Shown here in pieces: positions 27,589 through 37,093 of a DNA stretch of 64,000 nucleotides. A program made the position numbers and the translations under genes. Under the pieces are notes generated by a model that made no database searches, had not been told where the DNA came from, and worked only from the letters and a program-made list of their open reading frames with translations. The DNA lies in the IMG/VR virus record IMGVR_UViG_3300029922_000001, positions 248,001 through 312,000 of that record; one strand, written 5' to 3'. Every line of letters starts with the position of its first letter. The first letter of the stretch is position 1.

Positions 27589-27670
27589 TCCGGGCGAGAG
27601 GGTTTGAACCTCCATGTCTTGCGACGGCAGGTTTTAAACCTGCTGCGGCTACCAATTTCGCCACACCCGG
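27589..27670 (-). tRNA. tRNA-Leu(TAA)
   Basis: GCAGG-TTTAAAA-CCTGC arm, long V-arm. Confidence 0.92.
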
Positions 27671-27697
27671 ATATGTAACAACAATACTTAAAACAAC

Positions 27698-27736
27698 AAA
27701 AAAAAGCCTGATTAGGATCAGATCCCAACCAGGCTT
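27698..27736 (-). terminator. intrinsic terminator of the Leu leader (attenuator 3:4)
   Basis: AAGCCTGGTTGGGAT/ATCCTAATCAGGCTT stem plus T-tract, 27 nt before tRNA-Leu(TAA). Confidence 0.9.
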
Positions 27737-27757
27737 AACAAGTAAAATACAGTACTC

Positions 27758-27832
27758 TTATGCAGCTAGTTGGGTTCCTCCTAATAGTAGGAGGCTTGTT
27801 AAACCTTGTAGTTGCAAAGAATTCTTGTTCAC
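27758..27832 (-). CDS. 24-aa Leu-rich leader peptide (putative attenuator; not in ORF track)
   Basis: GTG start 6 nt after TGCTATAAT; MNKNSLQLQGLTSLLLLGGTQLAA*; 8 Leu codons. Confidence 0.88.
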   Translation of the reverse strand: MNKNSLQLQGLTSLLLLGGTQLAA

Positions 27833-27928
27833 GTATATATTATAGCATGATCCGAATGAAATTAACCATAATTTCTATAAATTATTTGAAAGAAGGAATT
27901 ATTCATATAGACATTGTAGATATTTAGT

Positions 27929-29275
27929 GTGAAACAAATTATTACAGCTAAATTAAAATTAGAAACAAATAAAGAACAATTTAAAGAATTAACTAATCTT
28001 AGTTTAGCTTATTGTGGCGCTTTGAATTTTGGCTCTAATAAAGCCTTTGAATTAGACAAAACTACTAATGCTAACTTATTGCACAAAAGTATATATCGAG
28101 AATGTCGTGATAAATTTGGATTACCATCACAATTAGCTTGTAGCGTTTCTAGATATGTTACTGCTTCTTATAAAACATTGTGGACAATTACCAATAAAAA
28201 TATTAAAGCAAGAAAAAACAAAGAAACTAAGAGAGTTTATAAAGGACTGAATAAAGCTCCAAAATATATATCAAGAACGACTATGTTTCAATATGGTAGA
28301 GATTTTACATTCAAGAAGGATCAACAAATTAGTATTATTACTCTTAATGGAAGAATTCTTCTAGATTATAAAGGATGGAATAAACATCTTAATTTAATTA
28401 AAGATGAAAATACCAAAATTGGTGGAGCTAAACTTTATTATGATAAAGCTAAGAAAACTTTCTATCTCTTAGTTAGTTTAGAAATAGAAACACAAGAAGA
28501 AAAACAAATTAACACAATAGGTATTGATTTGGGTCAAAGATATTTGGCTGTGGTAACTGATACACAAGATAATACATTGTTTATTCCTGGTAAGGAATGT
28601 ATTAATCAAGTTGGAAAATATCAACGAGTTCGTAGTAGTCTTCAAAAAAAGATTAAAACGAATAAGAAAAATGGTAAAGGCACTCGTTCTATAACTAGAA
28701 AATTAATCCAAGTTAAAGGACAAGAGAGACGGTATAGATTATCATTAAATCATCAAACAGCAAGTTCGATATTACAAAGATTTCCTAATTCAAATATAGG
28801 ATTAGAAAATCTTAAAGATATTAGAACAAGAACAGAAAGACATAGCAGTAAAAAAGATAGCAAAAAAAGAAAAGAAGCTAATCGTAATAAAGCTTCTTGG
28901 TCTTTTAATGAGTTACAACAATTAATAGAATATAAAGCTAATTTATATGGTAGTAAAATATTTAAAGTAGATGCCCATTATACATCTCAAATGTGTACTA
29001 AATGTGGTTATACTTCTAAAGAAAACAGACCTAAAAGTGGCTTGAATTTTATTTGTTGTAATTGTAATTTTAAATTACATGCTGATTTGATTGGAGCTAG
29101 AAATATAGCTATGAGAACATTGTTATCTAGACAAGATTTAGATAATAAGGGGCATTTATCAATTGTCCCAGTAAGCGGCAAAGCCGCTTTAGATACCTCG
29201 AACAGTGAAGTTAAAGCGGAATCCTTGAAAAAGTATTCTGAATTGAGATGGAGTTCGGAGGCAAACTTAACTTAA
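27929..29275 (+). CDS. tnpB: TnpB RNA-guided endonuclease (IS200/IS605 family)
   Basis: RuvC motifs GIDLG, GLENLK and HADLIGARNI; zinc finger YTSQMCTKCG...CCNC. Confidence 0.93.
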   Translation: MKQIITAKLKLETNKEQFKELTNLSLAYCGALNFGSNKAFELDKTTNANLLHKSIYRECRDKFGLPSQLACSVSRYVTASYKTLWTITNKNIKARKNKETKRVYKGLNKAPKYISRTTMFQYGRDFTFKKDQQISIITLNGRILLDYKGWNKHLNLIKDENTKIGGAKLYYDKAKKTFYLLVSLEIETQEEKQINTIGIDLGQRYLAVVTDTQDNTLFIPGKECINQVGKYQRVRSSLQKKIKTNKKNGKGTRSITRKLIQVKGQERRYRLSLNHQTASSILQRFPNSNIGLENLKDIRTRTERHSSKKDSKKRKEANRNKASWSFNELQQLIEYKANLYGSKIFKVDAHYTSQMCTKCGYTSKENRPKSGLNFICCNCNFKLHADLIGARNIAMRTLLSRQDLDNKGHLSIVPVSGKAALDTSNSEVKAESLKKYSELRWSSEANLT

Positions 29276-29341
29276 TTGCTAAGCATTTTGATAACGATCT
29301 TATTATACTCTTGTTTCTTCCTTTTTGCTATCTTTTCTAGA

Positions 29342-29602
29342 TTATTTTTGACTTATTTTATAATTCATATATTCTATAACTGGATCATCTAATAACTCCA
29401 TAATAACATTAAATTTTGTATTTATACCACCTGAAGCCTCAGCGAGTAGACCTTCAAATTGTGGATCAAATTGAAATAATTTACAAGGAGTCATAAGGTT
29501 CGATTTATTTTTTAATATAAATCTCACTTGCTCTTGTATCGTGTAGCCAATAATTATATTCATATATCCATTAGCTAAAATTTGTTTAGACTTTATAAGC
29601 AT
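29342..29602 (-). CDS. hypothetical protein
   Basis: ORF track. Confidence 0.6.
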   Translation of the reverse strand: MLIKSKQILANGYMNIIIGYTIQEQVRFILKNKSNLMTPCKLFQFDPQFEGLLAEASGGINTKFNVIMELLDDPVIEYMNYKISQK

Positions 29603-29619
29603 ATTACTCTAATACTAGA

Positions 29620-29928
29620 CTAAAGCCTTGATGACCTAACCTTACCACTCTTTTCTGGATTATTTCTATCAACAACATAAAATCTTCTTTGACGAAATGT
29701 TTCCTTGTGATGTTGCTTTCTAGTAACTTTCTCTTCATCGGAAATATCTACATCTAGAAAAACCTGATTCCACATATCGTAAATAGTTTTCTTTTCGTAG
29801 TCATACCATATACCTGTTTCAATACTCCATAGTCCACTTGTTTTAAGTTTAATAGTGGGAATATTTATTGATGCTAAATTTTCTGAAGTAATAGAATTTA
29901 TTTTATCGTTTAGTTGTGTGCCATTCAT
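29620..29928 (-). CDS. hypothetical protein
   Basis: ORF track. Confidence 0.65.
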   Translation of the reverse strand: MNGTQLNDKINSITSENLASINIPTIKLKTSGLWSIETGIWYDYEKKTIYDMWNQVFLDVDISDEEKVTRKQHHKETFRQRRFYVVDRNNPEKSGKVRSSRL

Positions 29929-29934
29929 ACTTTA

Positions 29935-30492
29935 TTATACGTTTGGTTTTCTATTGACAACACCTACAACAGATTGATCTTTATTTGTATACCAATCACC
30001 ACTTTCTACCCCTGCTGGTTCATCTCTAAATAATGGATTATCGTAATCAGCCATTGGACTATAGTGATATTTAACTTGTTGACCATCATGAAGTTCAACA
30101 GAACCATTACCTAATGATTTTTGAATGCTAGGATGTTTTCTAACAAATATAGCTTGATTATATGGATTTTTAGCCCACGAAGGACCATCGCTAAAAAATG
30201 TTAATTCGGGACCATCACCATGTTCGTCTTGTACATTTTGCCAATGTTCTGTACTTTTAAGAAAATCACCAGCGGAAGGATAAATACCATATTTAAAATC
30301 AGTATTATCAGGTTTTCTAGCGTGAACTAATAATTTACCTTGTTCTAATCCGCGTTGTAATTCATCATGAGACTGGTATTTGTCATCATACTCGTCATCA
30401 TCAGGAAATAATTGTAAATCATGATGATGTTCAAAGGGGTTCCAACTGTCGTCAGTATCAAATATAGCTGTTTTAATACGTCTATACCACAT
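29935..30492 (-). CDS. hypothetical acidic protein with N-terminal MWYR..KTA motif
   Basis: ORF track. Confidence 0.75.
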   Translation of the reverse strand: MWYRRIKTAIFDTDDSWNPFEHHHDLQLFPDDDEYDDKYQSHDELQRGLEQGKLLVHARKPDNTDFKYGIYPSAGDFLKSTEHWQNVQDEHGDGPELTFFSDGPSWAKNPYNQAIFVRKHPSIQKSLGNGSVELHDGQQVKYHYSPMADYDNPLFRDEPAGVESGDWYTNKDQSVVGVVNRKPNV

Positions 30493-30500
30493 ATTGATAT

Positions 30501-30887
30501 TTACGTAATTGCTTTATCTTCAACCTCTAGCTTATCTTGAATTTGTTTGATTAGGTTTTCTGGCATATTCTGAAATGGAAATGTTAGTGTACGAATATGA
30601 GGGTATATTTCTAAAACCCATTCACACGTGTCATTTAGTGTTAAACGCATTCCATAACCATTCCCAGAAGTTGTTACATTAAAACAATTATTCCTAACAC
30701 AATCATGTAGTGTTGTCATTAAATCAATATATAAATTAGTAATCATTGATTGAGTATTAATGTTTGTATTATTACGTTGATTCAATAAAGGTTGACTTGC
30801 CTCTACGACAGAGGCAATATACATTTGAATTAAATCTCTATTTTTTAGTATAAAATTTTCTATTATTTCTTCTTCATATTCTTGCAT
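30501..30887 (-). CDS. hypothetical protein
   Basis: ORF track. Confidence 0.7.
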   Translation of the reverse strand: MQEYEEEIIENFILKNRDLIQMYIASVVEASQPLLNQRNNTNINTQSMITNLYIDLMTTLHDCVRNNCFNVTTSGNGYGMRLTLNDTCEWVLEIYPHIRTLTFPFQNMPENLIKQIQDKLEVEDKAIT

Positions 30888-32069
30888 TTATGCCGCCTTC
30901 TTTTCTGATATTTTATCAATAAATTTTCCATCACCCCTTAAATCCACAAAACGACAAGGGTTTTCATAAACTTTCCAAGTTGGCATATTTTCATTCACTT
31001 CTAATCGAAGTTTTTTAGGTTCTTCGGCTGGAATGATAATGATATCGTTTTTACTTGCCTTAACAGGTGGTTCCCACTTTGTTGCACCAATACAACCACA
31101 ATATTCAACATGATCACCAACTACAACCATGCCATGCACAGGTTCTAGAATAACAGTGCCATCTTCTTGTTCTAGCTTATTAGAACCAATAACACCAGCA
31201 AAGATTTTATAATCCGTATCTGTAGTTAAGTTTTTATAATTTACAGTGGCGATACCATGAGGGAAATTCTTACCCATCAAATCTTCATCTAACTCACAAA
31301 TGAACTTAGTAATCCAACCAGAAACATAGAAGTCACTACCAGAACCACACTTTTCACCAATGTACATATTAGACCAAAAATCTTGATCTTCTAAATTCAT
31401 CAGTAATTTATCACTTAAAAACATGAGTAGATTCCATGCCCATTCACCATTATCTTTTAGTTGAGGAAATTCTTCAGCAACGTCAAGCATCATATTAGCA
31501 ACGCTATACCAAGCTTTATATAACTTTTCCCAATCTTCTCTATCGCCCTTAACTGTAATAGAAGGAAAACCACAACAAAACATACGGTAATTATAATATT
31601 GACTAACACATTCAAGGGTTAAAGCACAACTAGCTAAATAGCTGAAACCGGTTGATGTAGTAAATTCAGGAGTAATCCTTGAAACATCAAAAGGTGACTT
31701 TTCTTTAACCCCTGCAATAAGAGAAGTTATAAATGCTCCAATAGGAAGCGGACCCATCACTATAATATCCTGTTTTTCTTGTGAGGTCGTGAAATACTTT
31801 CTAAACTCTTCTGGGTGTGCGACAACAATCTTTACAAATTCAGAAAATGCTAATTGCCAAAGTAAATCAGGAGTAATAACCAATCCACCATGATCGCCCC
31901 AACACTGTTCAAAATACCCACCAATGCCTTGAGAATAAAAATCTGCTATCGTGGTTGAATATAATTCTGTAGAGACTTTTTCAGGAATAAAACTTTTAAT
32001 AGTAGCTGGAGTTTCATAAGGTGAACCCCAAAACTTCTTTTTCGCATCTAATATGTACGTATTTGTCAT
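30888..32069 (-). CDS. DUF4419-like protein
   Basis: HGGLVITPDLLW, EFTTS, CCGFPSITVKGDREDWEKL, VSGWITKF. Confidence 0.8.
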   Translation of the reverse strand: MTNTYILDAKKKFWGSPYETPATIKSFIPEKVSTELYSTTIADFYSQGIGGYFEQCWGDHGGLVITPDLLWQLAFSEFVKIVVAHPEEFRKYFTTSQEKQDIIVMGPLPIGAFITSLIAGVKEKSPFDVSRITPEFTTSTGFSYLASCALTLECVSQYYNYRMFCCGFPSITVKGDREDWEKLYKAWYSVANMMLDVAEEFPQLKDNGEWAWNLLMFLSDKLLMNLEDQDFWSNMYIGEKCGSGSDFYVSGWITKFICELDEDLMGKNFPHGIATVNYKNLTTDTDYKIFAGVIGSNKLEQEDGTVILEPVHGMVVVGDHVEYCGCIGATKWEPPVKASKNDIIIIPAEEPKKLRLEVNENMPTWKVYENPCRFVDLRGDGKFIDKISEKKAA

Positions 32070-32075
32070 GCTTTA

Positions 32076-32327
32076 TTATACTCCAATAATTTCCGGTTGA
32101 GAATTGAACATTGCATCAACTTGCTCTTGGGTGATTCTTTTGCCCTTATAATAATACTCTGGAGTATCTAATCTGTACACTTTACCATTTTCATCCACTC
32201 CGACACCAATACAACAAATACCCTCTTCTTCATATATGTGAGGTAAATTTGATTTCCAATCTTCATTAGGATTAGAAAAATCACGAGGGGGAATTTTAAT
32301 TACATTCATGTTTTCATTATAGCTCAT
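32076..32327 (-). CDS. hypothetical protein
   Basis: ORF track; duplicated promoter/start unit. Confidence 0.65.
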   Translation of the reverse strand: MSYNENMNVIKIPPRDFSNPNEDWKSNLPHIYEEEGICCIGVGVDENGKVYRLDTPEYYYKGKRITQEQVDAMFNSQPEIIGV

Positions 32328-32341
32328 GTTTTCATTATAGC
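32307..32341 (-). repeat. 18-bp tandem duplication of a -10 box plus ATG unit (GCTATAATGAAAACATG)
   Basis: catgttttcattatagc appears twice in tandem. Confidence 0.9.
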
Positions 32342-32365
32342 GTTTAGCAGTATAATAAGAACATC

Positions 32366-33058
32366 ATGGGAAAACAAAGTCGCCTAAGAAAAGAAAGAAA
32401 AGAGCGTCAAGAGAAAATCGCAATTGAGCAACCACAGTCTAGCTATTTACTAGAACCAGAACGTGCTGATTTAAGAACCGACTTAGGTGAAATTGCTGAT
32501 TTTGCAGAGACAATGCAACTAGATCAACTCAATAAGAAATTAAAGAAAATGATTGATTGGTTTAGAGGACATTTTGATGGCATCTGCACTACTATTAATG
32601 AAAATATTGTAGATATTGAAAATATTGGTATTTACAATGTTGACACAAACGAAGTAGAACCTTTGAAAGCGGCAAACATTGCTAAAGGACTATTAACACT
32701 TCCACCTTCAAGATTTCCTGTTGCACTAAAAGAACCTATCACAGAATCATTTGTTTCAGAAGATATAGATGCTATTGTTGACGAAACCAAAAACAACAAG
32801 ATTCTAGATGAAATTACTATTGCTATTTTGAAGCTTGCTGAATGTAATAAAATTATGGCAGCAGCACAACAATTAGTTATGATGAATGATCTGCCATTAA
32901 ATTTGGTTCACGAAAAACTTGGCGACATCCGACTAGAGAAAGGTGACATGACTTATCCTTGCTATGAAATTACAGCAATTATGGCTGGTTTAATTGTTCT
33001 CGCTTCTGTTGGCAGTACCAGTTCATTTAATCCAAAGAATTTCCAATTTGTTCTATAA
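32366..33058 (+). CDS. hypothetical protein
   Basis: ORF track; MGKQSRLRKER start. Confidence 0.75.
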   Translation: MGKQSRLRKERKERQEKIAIEQPQSSYLLEPERADLRTDLGEIADFAETMQLDQLNKKLKKMIDWFRGHFDGICTTINENIVDIENIGIYNVDTNEVEPLKAANIAKGLLTLPPSRFPVALKEPITESFVSEDIDAIVDETKNNKILDEITIAILKLAECNKIMAAAQQLVMMNDLPLNLVHEKLGDIRLEKGDMTYPCYEITAIMAGLIVLASVGSTSSFNPKNFQFVL

Positions 33059-33086
33059 ACTTCATAACCTATTGTATAAATAGAAT

Positions 33087-33713
33087 ATGAAGTTTATCAA
33101 GAATTGGCTTGTAAAATTATTTAAACCTATTATTGATGAATTAGTACGTCAAAACATACAGTCCATTATTGACGATCTACATATTTATGTAGATCACGCG
33201 AAAAACGACATCAAAAGTACATTAACTCATGATTTAAATGATTTTTCAGAACAAATAAGTGCAACAGAAAAACTAATACAACAAAAATCTAATACTATAG
33301 ATAGTAAGTTAAGTGATTATGATTCAAAAATCAAACTTATAGATACCCATGTTATAGATTTTACTAATAGGTTTTCAAACACCACAGAACAAATTAAAGA
33401 AACACACAATCAAGCCATAGATAAAATTAATACAGAGCTAGGTTTGGCAATTCAAAAATCTTCAAGTAAAAACACTACAGATATGCTCAATGAGATTGAC
33501 AGTTTACGTGAATCTCTTAAAATGACTTATCGTGCTGTTGATGATGAACTTAACCGTGTTCATTTTAGAATCAAAGGTGTGGAAGTAATCACAGAAGCTG
33601 AACTAAAAGATATAGAAACAAAAACCAAGAACGAAGTAATTGGTCTTCTTGAATATATTGATAATAACTGTGTTTTGAGAGAAGGTGATTATATAAATAA
33701 TCTAGAACATTAA
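33087..33713 (+). CDS. hypothetical coiled-coil protein
   Basis: ORF track. Confidence 0.7.
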   Translation: MKFIKNWLVKLFKPIIDELVRQNIQSIIDDLHIYVDHAKNDIKSTLTHDLNDFSEQISATEKLIQQKSNTIDSKLSDYDSKIKLIDTHVIDFTNRFSNTTEQIKETHNQAIDKINTELGLAIQKSSSKNTTDMLNEIDSLRESLKMTYRAVDDELNRVHFRIKGVEVITEAELKDIETKTKNEVIGLLEYIDNNCVLREGDYINNLEH

Positions 33714-33716
33714 ATT

Positions 33717-34529
33717 ATGAATATAAAAGTTAGTGGAATATATAGAATTATAAACAAAATAAACAATAAATCATATGTAGGAAGTTCTACAGATATACAA
33801 GATAGATGGTGGAAACATAGAAAAATGTTAAAAAATAATAATCATTCTAATCCTCATTTACAGGCATCATATAATAAATATTCAAGTGTTGTTTTTGATT
33901 TTGAAATATTGCAATCTATGCCAGGGGCAACCACTAAAGAACTCCAAGAAAAAGAATTATCATGGATGTTATTTTTAAATGTACATAATAATAAAAATGG
34001 GTATAACATTAACGGAGTTGAAGGTTATAAAATAGGTTTTAAGCACACTGAAGAAACTAAAAAGAAAATAAGTGAATCTGTAAAAAACAGAACATACACA
34101 GAAGAACAATTGGAAAATTTAAGAAACAATTTAAGTAAAATAATTAACAATCCAGAAACGAAAAGGAAAATTTCAGAATCTAAAAAAGGAAAATTATTAA
34201 CAAAAGAACATAAAAGGAAAATTTCAGAATCTAAAAAAGGAAAATTATTAACAGAAGAACATAAAAGAAAAGTTGGTGATGGTAATCGCGGTAAAATAAT
34301 AAGCGAAGACACAAGAGAAAAACAAAAAATATCTATTTTAAACAATAAGGAATTTATGAACAAATTAATTAAAAAATGGATAATAATAAATCCTGATGGG
34401 GAAGAATATAAAATAGAAAATTTATCTCAATTTTGTAGAGATAATCAATTAAGAGATGGATGTATGTCTTTAGTTGCGCAAGGTAAAAGAAAATCACATA
34501 AAGGATGGAGTTGTTATGAAATTAAATAA
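33717..34529 (+). CDS. GIY-YIG homing endonuclease with NUMOD3 repeats
   Basis: [19 protein letters not shown]...RWWKH; [11 protein letters not shown] repeats. Confidence 0.93.
   Translation: MNIKVSGIYRIINKINNKSYVGSSTDIQDRWWKHRKMLKNNNHSNPHLQASYNKYSSVVFDFEILQSMPGATTKELQEKELSWMLFLNVHNNKNGYNINGVEGYKIGFKHTEETKKKISESVKNRTYTEEQLENLRNNLSKIINNPETKRKISESKKGKLLTKEHKRKISESKKGKLLTEEHKRKVGDGNRGKIISEDTREKQKISILNNKEFMNKLIKKWIIINPDGEEYKIENLSQFCRDNQLRDGCMSLVAQGKRKSHKGWSCYEIK
34161..34262 (+). repeat. 51-bp tandem duplication ([17 protein letters not shown] twice)
   Basis: Read directly from the sequence. Confidence 0.9.
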
Positions 34530-35064
34530 TATTAACATTTTTTATACTGCGATCAAATTCACATTAAGTTTTGAGGGGTCATATAGTTTAAATAAAGATG
34601 ATCCAGGTGGGGCTACAAACTATGGAATTATTCAATCTGAATATAATATCTATAGAAAATCTAAAAAACTACCAGAACAATCTGTTAAGTTAATTACAAT
34701 AGTTGAAGTTAAAGATATCTATAAAAACAGTTATTGGTTGTCTGCCAAATGTGATAAATATCAAACAAAATTAGCTATTGTAATGTTTGATACCGCTGTT
34801 AATTTTGGGACCGGTAGAGCCGCAAAATGGCTTCAAAAATCACTAGATGTTGCACAAGATGGTGCTATTGATCCAGCTACTTTAGCAAAATTAGCAAAAA
34901 CAGATCAAGGATTATTAGCCAATAGAATTTGTGAGTATAGAATTGCATTCAGATATGCAAGAGTAGCATCTGCGCCTAGTCAAAAAGTCTTTTTAAATGG
35001 TTGGCTTAATAGAGACAATGCACTTAAAAAACTAATTGGTGGGACTATCACTTTGGTTAGTTAA
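34516..35064 (+). CDS. glycoside hydrolase 108 family endolysin-like protein
   Basis: [36 protein letters not shown]. Confidence 0.9.
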   Translation: MKLNNINIFYTAIKFTLSFEGSYSLNKDDPGGATNYGIIQSEYNIYRKSKKLPEQSVKLITIVEVKDIYKNSYWLSAKCDKYQTKLAIVMFDTAVNFGTGRAAKWLQKSLDVAQDGAIDPATLAKLAKTDQGLLANRICEYRIAFRYARVASAPSQKVFLNGWLNRDNALKKLIGGTITLVS

Positions 35065-35180
35065 TTCTAATAAAAACATATCTATTTCTCTAGCAAAAGA
35101 AGTAAATAAAATCTTTTTATTAGCTGGAGTTTCATTATTAATATACGCCATTAATGAAGCTGCTAATATAGAAGCCTCTT

Positions 35181-36421
35181 GTCAATTACCCACAGCTAAA
35201 GCAGTGGGCTTGTTACAACCGCGCTTTGCGCGGGAACAATAGGGATATTGACTAATCCCCTACATTGAATATTTAAGGAAGCATTATAATCAGCATTAGC
35301 AGCGAAGCTGCAAGATAAACATTTAAATTCACTCTGATTCTTCCTATTTTTCTTATTACAATATCCACAATGAGAACACGTCTGGGACGTGTATGCTGGA
35401 TTAACAAGAAAAACAGGAACACCTTGTTCCTTGGCTTTATATTCAATAAACGATCTAAGTTGAGCGAAGCTCCAACTTAATCTTTCATTACGATTAGCTT
35501 TTCTGACCGTTACTCTTTTATTGATTCCTTTTAACTCTTCTAGAGCTATACCAAATTGAGTGCCTTTAGCTTTATTAACTATTTCTTTGGAAATACAATG
35601 ATTAACATCTTTTCTAAATCTTGATTCTTTATTTCCAATAGTTTTAATTCTTTTCTTTGCAGAGCGTGTCCCACGCTTCTGTAATCTCGTTCTGTGATCA
35701 TGATATTTCTTTCTCTTATTTTCTATTTTATCAGAACTATAGATAGTATTATCAGAAGTAGTAGCAATATTTTTAACACCTAAATCGACTCCAATAATTC
35801 CTTTAGTATTATATTTTTCTTCAGTTGGAGTTGGAATATCAAGAGTACATAATAAGTAAAATTTATTATTTTGAAGTACTAGATCAACTTGACCTTTTCT
35901 AAATTTAAATAATTCATTATTCCATATTTGGATTGGAATATTCATTCTTCCTTCAATAGTCCAAATATTAACTATTTTATTATTTTTAAAAGTAATAACT
36001 CTGTCGTCATAGACGACAGCAGAAGTTTTCTTAAATGAATTAGGATATTTTCTATGTTTACTTATTTTATAAGAACAAGATACAACGTCAATAGCTCTAA
36101 TGGTTAATTGAGAAGAAAATTCTTTATATTTTTCTCTTGAAGGATGATAAACAATTTTTTGCAATTGATTTTTATGAAATTGCCCAACTTTAAAAGCTTC
36201 TTCAGAAAATTCATTACAAATTTGATTAAAGACATTCATCGTGCCCAAGAGGGCACGATATTGATTATCATCTGTATTTAGCTTAATCTTCAATATTTTC
36301 TTCACTATTAGTGTTATACATATTAATTAATGATATTCCTTCTTTTTGGTAAATATTTATTGAAAATATTTGGTTCGATTCCTCCCACGGCTGAAGACCG
36401 TGGGCTTCCTCTCACATTATC
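35181..36421 (-). mobile_element. IS200/IS605-family tnpB-only element (IS1341-like)
   Basis: Left-end hairpin GAAGCCCACGG-TCTTCAG-CCGTGGGAGG; right end CAAGCCCACTGCTTTAGCTGTGGGTAATTGAC; inserted after TTCAC. Confidence 0.85.
35196..36305 (-). CDS. tnpB: TnpB RNA-guided endonuclease
   Basis: GVDLGVKNIA, ALEEL, YTSQTCSHCG, CLSC...NADYNASLNI. Confidence 0.95.
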   Translation of the reverse strand: MKKILKIKLNTDDNQYRALLGTMNVFNQICNEFSEEAFKVGQFHKNQLQKIVYHPSREKYKEFSSQLTIRAIDVVSCSYKISKHRKYPNSFKKTSAVVYDDRVITFKNNKIVNIWTIEGRMNIPIQIWNNELFKFRKGQVDLVLQNNKFYLLCTLDIPTPTEEKYNTKGIIGVDLGVKNIATTSDNTIYSSDKIENKRKKYHDHRTRLQKRGTRSAKKRIKTIGNKESRFRKDVNHCISKEIVNKAKGTQFGIALEELKGINKRVTVRKANRNERLSWSFAQLRSFIEYKAKEQGVPVFLVNPAYTSQTCSHCGYCNKKNRKNQSEFKCLSCSFAANADYNASLNIQCRGLVNIPIVPAQSAVVTSPLL

Positions 36422-36472
36422 GTGAAGGTACTTCAATAGAGTTAGTTTTATTCCAGTAACAAGGATACCTAA

Positions 36473-37093
36473 TCATTTTTTCTGTCCATATCTATCAAAA
36501 ACCTCAAGAGTATCTTCATAGTTCTTACGATCTACTTCTTCTTGTTTGTAAGTTAATACCATTTTAACAATCTGATCTACTGTGTCTTCGCCTTCCATTT
36601 TTACAGAATGATAGGTAATGCTATTTCTATCTAATACGTTTTTGATATCAGCATCTGCTTCTAGTGCCTTAGTTAAATCTTGATAACGACCTGATTCATC
36701 ATAAGCTACCAAATCTAAGTTTCTTTCGATTAACACGTTGAAGTTATTAAACTCATTGAAAATTTCCACAATGTATGGTTCAAACAAAGAAGTACAACCA
36801 AACCCTTTATAGATAGTTCCCATTAAGATAGAAGTATCAGTGACGGCAATATCGACTTTACCAATAACTGGAATCATTTGACGCATATATTGTTTCACAG
36901 TAACGTATAACTGATTTTTTATTTTATTATCTTCAGTCCAATATAAGTCTTTTGCGTATTCTGGAATATACTCAACATTAACCCCTTTTACCTTTAATTT
37001 ATAAAATACACCAGCAGCAACTGTTGATTTACCAATTCCAGGTCCGCCAAAAATGTTTATTATGATTGTATCTTTAATGTTGTGTGGCATCAT
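36473..37093 (-). CDS. P-loop NTPase (AAA_28/NadR-like)
   Basis: IINIFGGPGIGKST, EYIPEYAKD, YDESGRYQ. Confidence 0.85.
   Translation of the reverse strand: MMPHNIKDTIIINIFGGPGIGKSTVAAGVFYKLKVKGVNVEYIPEYAKDLYWTEDNKIKNQLYVTVKQYMRQMIPVIGKVDIAVTDTSILMGTIYKGFGCTSLFEPYIVEIFNEFNNFNVLIERNLDLVAYDESGRYQDLTKALEADADIKNVLDRNSITYHSVKMEGEDTVDQIVKMVLTYKQEEVDRKNYEDTLEVFDRYGQKK

Larger units (their letters stand above)
35032..36476 (-). pseudogene. 67-aa ORF interrupted by the TnpB element
   Basis: Joining 36476-36422 to 35180-35032 gives MIRYPCYWNKTNSIEVPS-QEASILAA...SPTN*; its ATG overlaps the upstream TGA. Confidence 0.7.

Noticed and set aside
26916-27728. ORF-track entries at 26916, 26941, 27465, 27493 and 5405
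   Set aside because: They are shadows of tRNA genes.
29620-29928. RQRRFYVVDR motif reminiscent of a capsid protein segment
   Set aside because: It is only about 10 residues with no supporting context, so it could be chance.
34161-34262. 51-bp tandem repeat as a novel element
   Set aside because: It is explained by NUMOD3 DNA-binding repeats of the GIY-YIG endonuclease.
35181-36421. IStron (group I intron plus IS)
   Set aside because: Only about 115 nt lie between the left end and tnpB, leaving no room for a group I core.
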